The notes beneath the pieces are model-generated. The model had not been told where the DNA came from, ran no database searches, and saw only the letters and a list, made by a program, of their open reading frames with translations. A DNA stretch of 61,123 nt, counting the filler, from Globobulimina sp. (Eukaryota), in NCBI GenBank assembly GCA_003354225.1. It is 15 parts of 15 records of this genome, joined end to end, with 100 filler letters (N's around TTAATTAATTAA, not from the genome) between each part and the next. Parts side by side here need not be neighbours in the genome. Positions count along the whole stretch, not along the records: positions 1 to 3,986 come from PIVH01001782.1; positions 4,087 to 8,071 come from PIVH01001783.1; positions 8,172 to 12,155 come from PIVH01001784.1; positions 12,256 to 16,239 come from PIVH01001785.1; 11 more parts are not named here. One strand, given 5' to 3'. Positions within the stretch are counted from its first letter, which is position 1; the number at the start of each line of letters is the position of its first letter. The translations under genes were made by a program, and so were the position numbers. Shown in pieces: positions 1 to 12,256 of this stretch.

Positions 1-1459
1 CCTCAACAATTTTAGATTTTTTTTATCATTTACACTCCTTTTTTTTGGTATTTTTGCTTTTGTTTGTCCAAAATATACAATTTCCGAACGTGGCAATGCA
101 TCCAAAGGTAGCATATAGAGCCAATATCGCAACTCTTTATTCATTACCGACTCTTTATAGTTTCTATGAATATATAACTTAAACTGTAAAAACTCTGTAA
201 CCGATAACAAATTTTCCATACTAAATTCCGAACTGCAATCAGCAACGAAATGGAATAAAATAAAATCATTACAAACGTACACAAACACAAATTACAAAAA
301 CGTACCTGAGATGTTGTATAAATGCATCATATCCAAATTTATTCCTCAACACATGTTCGATTTTCATTTTTTTGGGCACCGCTCTGGGCGATTCAGCCCG
401 TTTTGTTTTCGATCGTGTCATTTCAACGGAAAATTCTCTGTCTTTGGAGGTTTCAGAATGTTCTCTCACACTCATCCTCGAAAACGCTAATGACTTTTGT
501 AAGGGATAGAAAATAATCACGTACAGCATCAACATATTACTAAATGCAATGACATGGAACAATATTATTATTTCATTAAAAAAATGGTCCTCGTACACGT
601 TGGAATTGCTTAGCCCCAAACCAAAAACCACTATAAATACAATGTAAATTATCAGAAAAAACATCATTGTTTGAAGTATATTGGATAATTCCTTACGAAT
701 ATATAGCGAATCATTAAAATCGGGCGAGCGGCAATGTAGAAATAATAAAATCGACCATAGCACGCCAAATGCTCCATATATAAGCGCCGAGATTGCTAAT
801 TGGACCCAACCGAACTTAGCCGGGAACAATTCATATGGATTATAGTTGATATATTCTGCAGATATTAACATAATTAACAGCAAAATCAATATACATACTG
901 CTCTCCGGAAACACCATCGGTAATTTCCTAATGTTGATTTATATTTTAATACGAATGCGGTCGAATTAATTCTGCTTTGCATTTGAGTCATAATGTCGTA
1001 CATTGCATGTTCAGTGTTTTTTTGTTCGTCGTTTATATATTTGCTGTTAATTATTTTTTTCCATCCATGATTTTCAGCCATCATTTCAAATTTCATTCGA
1101 AAATGGATTAACCAGAAACGTAATGTCAATGATAACGTTATGATGAATTGCGTGGTAATGTGCAATGAGGAGGAGATTGATATTAATATCGATTGGTATT
1201 TTTGTTTATTGTACCAATCGCTATACACAAATATCCAGAGGGATAGGTCAAAAAATTGAATAAGATATGCAATCGATGCCATTAACGATAGCGAGGAATA
1301 TCGTTGTTGTAAGAACACACACGATTGGACATCTTCTGCTTGTTTGACAAGGTATGTTTTGGAATATAATTTCCAAATATAATGTAGTGACAATGGAATG
1401 TAAAAGGCTATCAATACAATTATGGTTAGTACCACTCCAAAATCACGAACGTTGAACAT
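1..1459 (-). CDS. 7TM-RGS protein (seven hydrophobic helices followed by an RGS domain), 3' partial
   Basis: About 7 TM segments in 306-1459. Removing GT-AG intron 233-305 gives GYDAFIQHLSSEFSMENLLSVTEFLQFK, the RGS FxxxLxxExSxENL signature. The frame runs on toward the contig edge. Confidence 0.8.
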
Positions 1460-1540
1460 TAGCTGAAAGGAAGGATGGTGGCTGAACTACAGGTTTTTGC
1501 TTTAAAAAACTCACCAATAATGTGATGTTTTTGTTAAGTT

Positions 1541-2813
1541 TCAGATAGGATCATACGCCTCATATTGGAAAACATTTCTTTCTTTTTCAGTTCCTGACCA
1601 AAAATCATACACTCTTGTTTTCCTGTCTTTAGATCGATTGATATTATTTGAACCAGCATCGTCATCCCAATATGATTCTTGTCGTTTTAGCCATAACCAT
1701 TTAACAGACGGACATATCACAAATATGCTTAATATCCACACGCAACAAACAACAAAAACCCCGCACATTCCGCTGATTATAAAACATAACATTAACAAAG
1801 CACACAAGCCAATAATGGTCAATCCGACAAGACAGCAATAACTGCAACATTTATTTGCAATTGATCTGTCATTATTTTTTGGAGCGTGCAATTTGGCTGA
1901 AACGCACATCAAAACCATACCACCCGCTATAGAAACAACAATCCATCCAACAAAAAATTGCTGTGATGGAATGTAATAATATTCCATTGATCTTTCATAA
2001 CATGACCATTGAGAGCAATATGATTCAGTTTCAGAAATAATGGATGGCATTACACATTTACAAGAACCAATTTTCCATTTAGTAAGATCTACATATTCCA
2101 AATCACAATGCATATTACAAATAAATATATGTAAATATACCTAAATTATTTTTGTCTGCCGCCCAATGCCAACAAAAGGATGCATTTCTTGTTACAAACT
2201 CTTGGAAAAATGCGGATGTTACATCAGGTTTATCGGACAAACACATATACGATGCATTATAAATTATAGAATGATCTGTTGTGTTACGCACAGACATTAT
2301 ATTTGGATATTTGTCGTCGTATATTTCAGTACAATTCCACTGAGCGCATGTTTTATTTTCATGTGTGTTTAGTGCTTGTTTGTAATGCACACACTCGCAT
2401 TGTGCTGTAGGTAAAAAATAAATATTATTTTTAATATTTTGAGTGGAATGGCATCTCCAATTTTGACACGTTTTGTGCGAATTTGAATTGCAAATACAAG
2501 TCTGATTCATGTTTGGATGAATGATTGATGACGTTGTCCATTTTGAGCATGAAGTTTGAGCTGATATTGATTGGTTACATTGTGATGTTGTTTGTATTTC
2601 GCGGCTCCAATATGTGCTGTAATTAACCCATTGCCAACCACCTGCAAAGAATGGGAACTCGTGACATAAAAAGCCGCTTCGCTCAATTGCATCTACTATG
2701 GAACAGTTGTAAAGAGTACAAGCTGCAGTATTTGCTTTACAGTTATATATATCGTTTGGCCTGGAATTTGCATCATAGATTATAAAGAAAAAAGCAAGTA
2801 CCACCAAAGTCAT
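1541..2813 (-). CDS. Secreted Cys/Trp-rich ectodomain protein with 2-3 C-terminal TM helices
   Basis: Signal peptide MTLVVLAFFFII. Intron 2089-2140 joins the two ORFs in frame. Repeated CxC...CxxWxC units. Confidence 0.7.
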
Positions 2814-2953
2814 GCTTTGTATGAATCTTTATATCTTGTGAAAAAATGACTAGATTACTTCAAAAAGTTTAAAGTTTTGGAGCAGAGATTTCAACAAAAT
2901 GTAGAAAACGAGCAATGCAACAGACAATTGAAGCAAATTACACTCACAAAATC

Positions 2954-3652
2954 CTATTTATATACAGCCATTACATATACTTGAGAACTTTGTTTCGAAT
3001 TAGAATTCGCCTCTGACTCTTCAGCCATTTTAGCTTTAATTACAAGTATTAATCGGGTATTCCATTCATTATTTTGTGGATCGGTAACATCCAATGTATT
3101 TAACGATTGTTCAAAATTACATAACATTTCATTTAATAATCTCTGTTTTTTTTTTGATTGAAGTTTCTTCAACAACAATAATAACAAAAAAGCGGCACAT
3201 CCGCCAACTACCATCAATCCAGCTGGAAATACAAGAGGTTGCATGCCATTCCCCTTTGCATAAACATACAATGCAATGCCACCAAATATGCATAGCAATA
3301 TCAATATAAATCCCCAAAACGATGAATCATTACAACACGTTGCTGATTTATATTGTTTTTCATGTTTTGTTTGTATTACATTACATAAATGTTTTGCTTC
3401 TTTTTGAAGCTGCCAATATAATTCTTCTTCAATAGAATTGCTTTGTTCATCTGGGAAATCTGAATGGGAATAACTTGATTTTGATCCTGTACTTTCAGTA
3501 TTTGTTCTCCAGCCAATTGTGGTGGTTTCAAACTTCACTTTGGGACACATTGGAATGTTAATCTGCAATTGTGCATCTTGTGAGAGCTGCACCTTTGATC
3601 CAGGAAGTTGTTCGAATTTATTACTGTGTTGAACATCCGTTGTCACATACAT
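2954..3652 (-). CDS. Hypothetical two-TM membrane protein
   Basis: ~230-aa ORF with two hydrophobic helices. The start is uncertain. Confidence 0.55.
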   Translation of the reverse strand: MYVTTDVQHSNKFEQLPGSKVQLSQDAQLQINIPMCPKVKFETTTIGWRTNTESTGSKSSYSHSDFPDEQSNSIEEELYWQLQKEAKHLCNVIQTKHEKQYKSATCCNDSSFWGFILILLCIFGGIALYVYAKGNGMQPLVFPAGLMVVGGCAAFLLLLLLKKLQSKKKQRLLNEMLCNFEQSLNTLDVTDPQNNEWNTRLILVIKAKMAEESEANSNSKQSSQVYVMAVYK

Positions 3653-3723
3653 TACTAACACATGACGGATATACTTGGATTTGTTAAAACTTTGCTTTGA
3701 GTTTGCATAAAAACTTTAGGTTA

Positions 3724-3986
3724 TTAGTCAACAGAAAAATCAGTCAATGTTATACTTGATTTTATTGACTCATTTGACAACAAACATACAGCAATGCAAT
3801 ATCGTTTTGATTCATCCACAATGACATTCTTAAAACAGCCATACTCACATGTTTGAGCTCGATAATCATAAAATCTTAACGTATTACACCATAATCGCAA
3901 TTCCATCGTTATCATACAATCTGTATCAAATCCGTTGGACTCAAAAATCTGTTTATCCCAATACAATCCATCGTATCCCGTTGAAT
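3724..3986 (-). CDS. C-terminal fragment of a SPRY/B30.2-like domain protein
   Basis: ITMELRLWCNTLRFY...YGCF...RYCIAVCL resembles the C-terminal strands of SPRY. Truncated by the contig edge. Confidence 0.45.
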
Positions 3987-4086
3987 NNNNNNNNNNNNNN
4001 NNNNNNNNNNNNNNNNNNNNNNNNNNNNNNTTAATTAATTAANNNNNNNNNNNNNNNNNNNNNNNNNNNNNNNNNNNNNNNNNNNN
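3987..4086. other. Artificial contig spacer (first of 14)
   Basis: N44-TTAATTAATTAA-N44, giving stops in all six frames. Identical spacers at 8072, 12156, 16240, 20324, 24407, 28489, 32570, 36651, 40732, 44811, 48890, 52969 and 57047. Contig lengths fall from 3986 to 3977. Confidence 0.99.
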
Positions 4087-4510
4087 TTATTATTTTGTAC
4101 AAATACTATGGATAATTAATATGTATTTTATATAATATGGATAGAATCTGGATAGGAAATGGCGAACGGAATGCAGAATATCACTGCTTATGCCTTAATC
4201 AATGACTGGGTGAAATTTATAATGGAATTGGAGCAAATGATCAACCCTTAAAAGCTATGGGGAAAACAACACAGAAACGCTATAATTAAATATATTCTGT
4301 TTTGGTGTCGGTTTTACGGATTAATTGAAAAATAAAATGTTCATTTTATGCAAGCGAATATCCGTCAATAGGCACGTGGCAGCGGTTAGATAAAGTGAAA
4401 ACGTTTAGGGATTCGCTTTGACGTTCAAAGATTTCTGTCGCTATGAGATCCAACATTTACATTATTCTCAAAAACATAAAATTAATGCAACGTGTTAATG
4501 ATGTTATAAC

Positions 4511-7500
4511 TCATAACATCTGATTAAAAAACTGCAATTTAACCTCAACTGCATACGAATTATCTCCTTCATTATCTACACACAATTTTGTAATTGCTAA
4601 ATTCGCACATTTTCGAAGATGATTACCTTGATTGTCATGACTAAAACTGATTATTTCATCCCATTTATCATTATCCATCCAATTAAACTCAAACGTTTCA
4701 AATTTTTGCATATAGTTTGTCAATTTGTCATTACCAAACATTTCAAATTTATCCACTCGGTCGAAATATATTATAACTTGCAATTGATTGATATCCATTT
4801 TCAAACAAACACAAAACGGCAATGATAACGTACCCGTACCATTACCATGGCCACATTCAAAGTTTTCAAAAATTTCATCTAATATGAATTCATATTTATA
4901 AACTACAAAATGATGAATATAATCGTCAAACATTGCATATTGTCCATATTTTATAACCTCATTATTTAAGTTTTTATTCTTAAAATGTTTATAATCCATC
5001 AACTCATATTTCCAAACATTAAAACCGAGATTTGCTACAAATATATCATTTATTGTATCCTTGTTAGTATCGATCATATCTCTCGAGTTAATATTTTTAT
5101 TTCCTTCCATTTCTAATTTTAATTCCTTTCGTTGTGGTATTACAATATCGAATGAAATAATATCATTTCTCTCATTGTATCTCATGCATAATTCCCCAAA
5201 TGCTGCATCAAATTTACATTTAGATATTTCAACAAAATGTGTGTTTTCATCCATCAATCTTCGACGTCCACTTATTCCACGTATTAGCCCTTCTGCAGCT
5301 GATTGCATCCCAGGCGGTAAAGGCGGTATTGGCGGTAATAATGGTGGACGACGGTTAAAATGAGCAAATTTTGTCCATCTCGTTTCATAACCGCGTCCAT
5401 CTACGCCTGGTTTCGTTAACATACCACCTCCGCCTGGCCCTGGTTTCAGTGCTGGTATTTGTGGCTTTTGTGGTTTGGGTGCCGGTTCCTTTGCTGTTTT
5501 ATACAAATTTTTAAATGCCATTAAAAATCCTTTTAACCCATTCATTAACTGTACAAAATATCATATAATTATATATATATATATAATGAAAACGTGATAT
5601 AAAACAAAAACAAATGAAACCTGATATTGTTCATCTAATTTCATTTGATGTTGTTGTTGCATTAATTTTTCCCTTTGTTGCATTCGTTTTTGTCGTGCAA
5701 TTTTCCGCTGTTGCTCCCAATTCACCTGCTTCTGCATAATATTATTTGTCTGTTTCTCCAACTCAGCTCTTTGTTTTTTACTGCCCTCCAACATTTTATG
5801 TTGTATTTCTAAATCACTTTGTTGATGTTTCAAACCATTAATTTGCTGCAACAGCATTGTCTGTTTATTATTGTTCTTAAAACTATTTTTCATTTCTGCC
5901 AATAATGCGCTTTTCATTCCAGTCATATGTTTACTCATTGTCTTTCTATGTGTTCGCATTGCTTTATTTAACTGCTTGGCCCGTTGTTTTTGCATCGCAG
6001 CCAATTTATTGGTCAATTGTTTCCTATGCTGTTCTTGCTTTTTTTTAATTTCATTTAGCCCCTTTTCGTGCTCTTGTTTCATACTTTTGTAATGTTCCTG
6101 TTGTTGATTTTTCAATTCGCCCATACGTTTCTGTTGTTGTTGCATAGCCTCTTCCTGTTTTTCTTTTAATCGCGCCAAATGAGCTGCACTTCCTATCAAA
6201 AAATTCATGCTGCAGTACACATTAAATATAATTGTATAACACATACCAATTCCGCACATAATTTGGTTTGGGCCCCATTGCTGATTTGCTACATCACGGT
6301 CATATATAGTACACACAGTGTTATCCGCGTGGTTTTTATCTCCGCCAATGGGTGCCCATGAAAACGATTTACAGTCATGATTTGCGACACAATTTGCGTT
6401 ACATTGTTGAACAGTATCTATTGTGTATCGTTTGTCACAGCCATCCAAGCCACAGCCACCAATGTCATTCATGGCACCTTGTTCGCCGATTTTTTGTGTG
6501 CCGGTTGGACACCGCATACCTGTTCAGTTGTTTTAATATTTAATTTGTAATATATTATACAATTGAAGTGAAAAAAGTACATACCAATTTTGCACATAAT
6601 TTGATGTGGTCCCCATTCCTGATCAGGGACATCATTGTCATAGATGGTACACACGGTTTTATCCGCATGATTCTTATCCCCTCCTTTTGGTGCCCATGAA
6701 AAGGATTTACAGTTAGGATTTGATTCGCAACTTCCTTTACATGCAACAACATTAGATATCGTATATCGTTTTTCGCAGCCACCTAATCCGCAACCTCTGA
6801 TGTCATTCAATCCGCCTTGTTTATTAATTGCAACAGTACCAATGGGACATTTTGCACGCGTTCCTGTTGTTAATTGTTGTATAAATAATATGGCAAACAT
6901 ATAACATGCACGGTCGAAAATAGCATACCAATTTTGCACATAATCTGATTTGGCCCCCATTCCTGATTTGGCACATCATTGTCATAGATGGTACACACAG
7001 TTTTATCCGCATGGTTTTTATCCCCTCCTTTCGAGGCCCATGAAAAGGATTTACAGTTTGGATTGGTCATACAATTTGCGTTACATTCATCAATACTGTT
7101 CATCGCATATCGTTTATCGCAACCCTCCAATCCGCAGCCACCTATGTCATTCAAACCACCTCGTTTCCCTATTTCAGTGGTTTGCGCTGGACATTGTAAT
7201 ATAGGGAAACGAGGTTGAACTTGAAAAATATCATTGCCCCATCCACCGCCATGATGGTTTGCCGGACAGGAGTCATATTTCCCGTACTTGGTAGCATGCG
7301 CAAAATCATTGTCACAGCAACACCAGGAACGATGCTGCAACGCAAAATATTTATATTGTGCTTTACATGTTTCGTAACAGGATTGAATTGTATAGCCATA
7401 ACGATGAGGACCATATCGTAATGCCCGATTCCCAGTATCCCTAAAACAGCCGAGCCATTTGTATGGTTCACCTGTAGCCAATAACAGTCTCCGTTTGCCT

Positions 7501-7841
7501 GCTCCTGGTGTTGTTGTTAAATATTTATATGATATGTGGTGAAATTGTGTATTGTCAAGAAAGTGTAATGAAATGACATCATTGATAATATAGGACAACA
7601 TGGATGAATTCACAGTGGTGATGATGGCGTTTTTGTTGTTAATTAATATATTTTTGTTTGGTATTTGGATGAGGTCTTCATAATTAAATTCATAGTGATG
7701 TGATTTATAATAGAATGTGTAATCAGTTACATCGTATATAGATTGTGTACTATTGTTGTTTTTGTGTTTATGAGATGCACTAATTAATGGGGATAATGCT
7801 ATTAATGATACAGAAAATATCCAAAGGAAGGTGAATTCCAT
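4511..7841 (-). CDS. Secreted ~1024-aa protein: signal peptide, WSC domain, 3 PAN/Apple-like domains, coiled coil, Pro-rich region, C-terminal domain
   Basis: Exons 7841-6929, 6863-6585, 6519-6247, 6192-5621 and 5548-4511, all GT-AG and frame-compatible. WSC: YKWLGCFRD...CYETC...YFALQHRSWCCC. PAN-like: CxxxCxxxxxCKSFSW...CTIY, three copies. Confidence 0.8.
6247..7197 (-). repeat. Three tandem ~275-bp PAN/Apple-like coding repeats, each ending at an intron
   Basis: Near-identical NDIxGCGLxGCxKRY...CKSFSWAxxGGDKNHADxTVCTIYD...WGPxQIMCxIG units, each followed by a phase-1 GTATG intron. Confidence 0.9.
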
Positions 7842-8171
7842 TGTTAATGTAATTGTTGTTGTTGCTTTCTGAAGATCTCCATTGTAATTGTGGTGAAAGC
7901 AAAGATGACGTCGGATTTTGCAATTTGCATTTTTCCTGTATAAAAGATTTAGGTTTTATAACGAAAAGACATTTATTTTTTGCGACAATTTAGGAATGAT
8001 GAAAAACTTATTATACAATCAATAATTCCATGAACAATGATAAATTCCATTAATATATTTTTAATAATTTGNNNNNNNNNNNNNNNNNNNNNNNNNNNNN
8101 NNNNNNNNNNNNNNNTTAATTAATTAANNNNNNNNNNNNNNNNNNNNNNNNNNNNNNNNNNNNNNNNNNNN

Positions 8172-8496
8172 AAGGATTCACGTGAATTTACTGCATAAAC
8201 AATCAAAAAACCATCACCTTCACGAATCCCTTTATATATTTATATTATTTATACATATACGCACATACGCACATACATTGGTCTTGTAATGCAGCATATT
8301 CCTCTTGGCCCGCAGTGTCTAATATGTCGAGTAATGCGGGTTGACCATCAATTTGTACTTGCTTCCTGTAACTATCTTCAATCGTAGGATCATAATTTGC
8401 TTCATAGGTCCCAGTGATTAGACGGATGGTTAGCGCGCTTTTACCAACACCTCCTGATCCGAGCACTGTGATTTTATACTCTGTTTGTGCTTGCAT
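8172..8496 (-). CDS. Ras-family small GTPase, 3' partial
   Basis: [17 protein letters not shown] and DTAGQEE present. Intron 8230-8276, then [14 protein letters not shown]. Confidence 0.95.
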
Positions 8497-8630
8497 GGCG
8501 AGGACTGGCTTACTCAGTGAAAACTCTAATATCACTTTATGCCGTTAGCTCATCAGAAATAAAATACTATTAATCCGAACATTGTCATAATTTGTGCAAG
8601 GATACATGTATGGAATGCATTGAATAATGA

Positions 8631-9272
8631 CTATTTTTCAACATCGTACGTTGTTTTGAATATAGCAGTGTCATTGTCACCAAATGCATACTTTATAGAA
8701 TCAATAAGAAGTTCAGATTCAATTGTAAAATGCATAGAAAATTGATCTTTTGTTGCAATCCAAATTGTAAAATTATTCGTTTCTGTATTACATAAAAATA
8801 TAATGTCATCACCTTTACTTACTTTTAATTTACCGACGGCTTCAAAAAATAATGAACCTGTTCTGGTATTTGGAACATCAGTGTGATATTTGGAATCTCG
8901 GGAGAATTTTAACATTTCTCCCTTAATTAAATTGGTTAACTCCGTGCCAGTATAATTCTGTAATAATATCATACGAAAAAGTGTTACCGAATTTGATGAA
9001 TACTGACCCATTGCAAATTCCTTTGAAATGTATTTCTGTTTCAAATATGTCCACGTAAGTTTTGATGGTGGCAATGGATATGATAAACGAGTTAATGAAT
9101 GAGAAAATTTCGTTTTCAATCCTGGATAAAGCGGCATAGAATATTCATCATTGAATTTTATCTGTGTTTCTGGTTCAACGACAATAGCACTATAACTCAA
9201 TAAGGATGAAATACCAATGCACGTTCGCCATCTCCATCTGGATATAAATCGAGTAGCTCTCATACTTGCCAT
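8631..9272 (-). CDS. Probable mitochondrial chalcone-isomerase-fold protein (Aim18/Aim46-like)
   Basis: Arg-rich N-terminal presequence, VVEPETQIKF, and C-terminal KGDDIIF...IESELL pattern. Family resemblance is from memory. Confidence 0.4.
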   Translation of the reverse strand: MASMRATRFISRWRWRTCIGISSLLSYSAIVVEPETQIKFNDEYSMPLYPGLKTKFSHSLTRLSYPLPPSKLTWTYLKQKYISKEFAMGQYSSNSVTLFRMILLQNYTGTELTNLIKGEMLKFSRDSKYHTDVPNTRTGSLFFEAVGKLKVSKGDDIIFLCNTETNNFTIWIATKDQFSMHFTIESELLIDSIKYAFGDNDTAIFKTTYDVEK

Positions 9273-9564
9273 GTTACCTAGCTTTAAAATAAAACCTTCT
9301 GCTGAAATATCCACGAAAAGTGTTTGCTGACGAAAAGTATATCTGCTATACAAGTTGTATGCAGATTAGATTTGTGCTATGCCAGATAAAGGGACGAAAA
9401 GACTTATTTATTTAACAATATTTTAAACGGTACGTCTATTGGCGTGGTACAACCATACAAGAGTAGAGAAGGTCAAATGAATATAATTTCATTACCAACA
9501 TTACATATTTTTTATTAGTAAAAAAAAAGAAAAGCTATGAATTATTAACAAGATAACAGTTTGT

Positions 9565-10158
9565 TTATCTTCCACCAGTTGGATATTTATGGAACCGTGA
9601 TCTTTCTCGAACTTTTTTGAAATAAAATGGCCGATTAAATTTATTCTCTTCCAATTTTTTACGTTTTGCTTCGCGTATTTTTTCATATTTTCTGGCTGGC
9701 GCAAATAATGGATTTACATAGCCCTCGGGAGGTCTAATTATTTTATATGTATATTATTTTTATTGTTTTTAAGCATCGCAAAATCGCATCAATGTATGTA
9801 AATATATATAATTGTGCAAGGATAATGTCAGTATATACCTCCATGGATACTCAGCATCATAATCAACCGGAATGGGGGGAATTGTCCTTCTTCGAAAAAT
9901 ATAATCGTATACACCATGTTGTTGGAATAAGAATAAGGTGGGGATCCATCCCATACCTAACCACCACACTCGCCATCCAATGGGCCAATCATAAAACCAA
10001 CAAGCTGAGGATAGGCGTTTTTTGACATCAGTTCCATCCTTTAAAAATCCAAAACAATCCCACACTTGCTTTGATACTCTACGTGTTTGCAATGTGAATG
10101 GTTGGTAGCAACGATTTAATAATGGCTTATAAACACCATTTCGTCGTAAAACATTCAT
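9565..10158 (-). CDS. Small single-TM protein, probably mitochondrial
   Basis: Basic presequence-like N-terminus and one TM helix. Intron 9734-9838 continues YPWR-PPEGYVNP to a stop at 9565. Confidence 0.6.
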
Positions 10159-10241
10159 GTCTATGTTGGATTGTTTCCAAATGTCACGTACTTTTTTTCC
10201 TGAAAAAACTCTGTATTTCTAGCTGAAAATATCAACAGGCA

Positions 10242-11880
10242 ATGAACAACACCTTCATGACTCAGGATGATAAGGACGTGATTAAAGAAGGCATTGTGTT
10301 TAAGAAAGGTGAAGGATTTATGAGTGGGTGGAAAGAACGTATGCCTTTTTATATATTTTATTGAATAAAAATTATATGTTTTTTTTTATTAATATAAGGT
10401 TATTTAATCTTATATACTGGCCAACGTTTATCATATTTTGTCATTGATGGTTTAGAACTTAAAGGATCAATATACATAAATAATCTGTCTTCGTCAAACA
10501 TTACATCATCAAACAAATGCAATAAGTCGGAAGGTGCGAATTTTGGTTTTTCTATACAAACAACCAAAAGAAAATGGGAGTTTGCCATCAAATCATCCAA
10601 AGAAAGAGAGGAATGGATAAAGAAAATACGTCTAACCGTAGCAAACCAAAAAAGACACTCCAATTTATATGCAAAAAAAGTAAACAAAGCTAGCGATGAT
10701 CAATCAATACAACTCATACGGTCCAATACGAGTAATAGTATGGGTGTTGATTTCGCGCGAGTGCAGACACGGAGTTCCTCGAAATCTGCAATTGCTGCTC
10801 CAATGCATCCATATTATCAACAATATGCTGCGCAATCGCAACAATACAGCAATAATTATAAACAGGCACAACAGCAAAATGGACAGGGATATAATAACCA
10901 TTATAATTACGCACAATATAACCATTATCAGCAACAGCAACAGCAAGCACAGCAACTGCAGCAAGCACAGCTACATCGCAATTCCTCTTTCACTCAGAAT
11001 GGATATAATAATTATCAACAACAAGCCATAGCAGCCGCAGCAACAGCAACATCATGGAACGCCAATACTAACCATCAGCAAAATAAAGCAAATAAACCAT
11101 ATAAATCATCGCTAAAAAGTGTTTACAAGGGTATGGCTGATTTATTTTTGCGACTTTGCGAATATAAACATGCTTGAAAAAGGGTTTAAGATCAAACGAT
11201 ATGATAATACGACGAGATTTAGTCATTTGCTGCGTGGCTATATACGGAAATGTATGGAGGAGGAGAATAAATTTGGATTGAAATTACAAAATTTATGCCA
11301 ACAATATACAGGGTTTTTGTTGACAGGAAATGTGTCACCACTTTCAAATTCTCGATTGTTCCAAAACAACGAGAAAATGGCGACGGCGATGGTGACATTA
11401 TTGTGTGACGGAATGAATAAATATTTTTTAAATGATATAGAATTGCTATATAGAGGAAGTAGGGACGGGTTGAAAGCAAAAGCATTTCATTCGAAATGTG
11501 ATGGACATCCAAAAACATTGGTTTTATTGTATACAAATTTTGGAAATATTTGTGGCGGATTTACCGACGTGGCATGGTCGACGGATAATAAATATCATGC
11601 GGATAAGAATGCATTTTTATTTGTTTTGAACAGTGATGGTGATGGCGGTGAAATATTTCACTTAAAACAAGGTGAAGATAGAAATGCAGTGTTGCATTAT
11701 AAGGATTATGGTCCGACATTTGGCAAAGGACACGATTTAGCCGTGTTTTCGTTATCTGATAATAATATGGATACACAAGCATGCAATTATTCATTCTCAT
11801 TTATATCGAATAAATTTATTGGTGGCTGGATGTATTGCAAAGTTATGGAATGCGAAGTGTTCCAAATTCATACCCTATGA
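10242..11880 (+). CDS. PH domain - Gln/Asn/Tyr-rich linker - TLDc domain protein
   Basis: Exons 10242-10338, 10399-11130 and 11183-11880. PH: KEGIVFKKG...WKERYLIL...EREEWIKKI. TLDc: LLYRGSRDG...FHSKCDG...GGFT...YGPTFGKGHDL...EVF. Confidence 0.88.
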
Positions 11881-12256
11881 TATTAGCTTTCGTCTGATCA
11901 TATATTTCTTTCTTTTTTCGTTTTCTTTTTTTGTTGTTGTGGATTATATCTTTTTATTGTTATTTTATATATTAATTTGTTTTCTGATATTTTTTAGGAA
12001 AATGAATGTGAAACATTAACATCGAGGAGCACTTATTTTGTATTGGTTAATTATAGTCATTTATAGAGGATGGATGACAGAGAAAGGCGATCATATAATT
12101 TCTTTACCAAAGCATAAGTTTAAATATCAACAACTAACAATAATCACAATACAATNNNNNNNNNNNNNNNNNNNNNNNNNNNNNNNNNNNNNNNNNNNNT
12201 TAATTAATTAANNNNNNNNNNNNNNNNNNNNNNNNNNNNNNNNNNNNNNNNNNNNA

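Noticed and set aside
6247-7197. Repeat-spacer pattern suggestive of CRISPR
   Set aside because: The repeats are ~275-bp protein-coding exons separated by GT-AG introns, and there are no cas genes.
10400-10968. Hydrophobic minus-strand ORFs
   Set aside because: Antisense shadows of the PH / Gln-rich + strand gene. The same applies to shadows over DNAJC2, NCL and TRM61.
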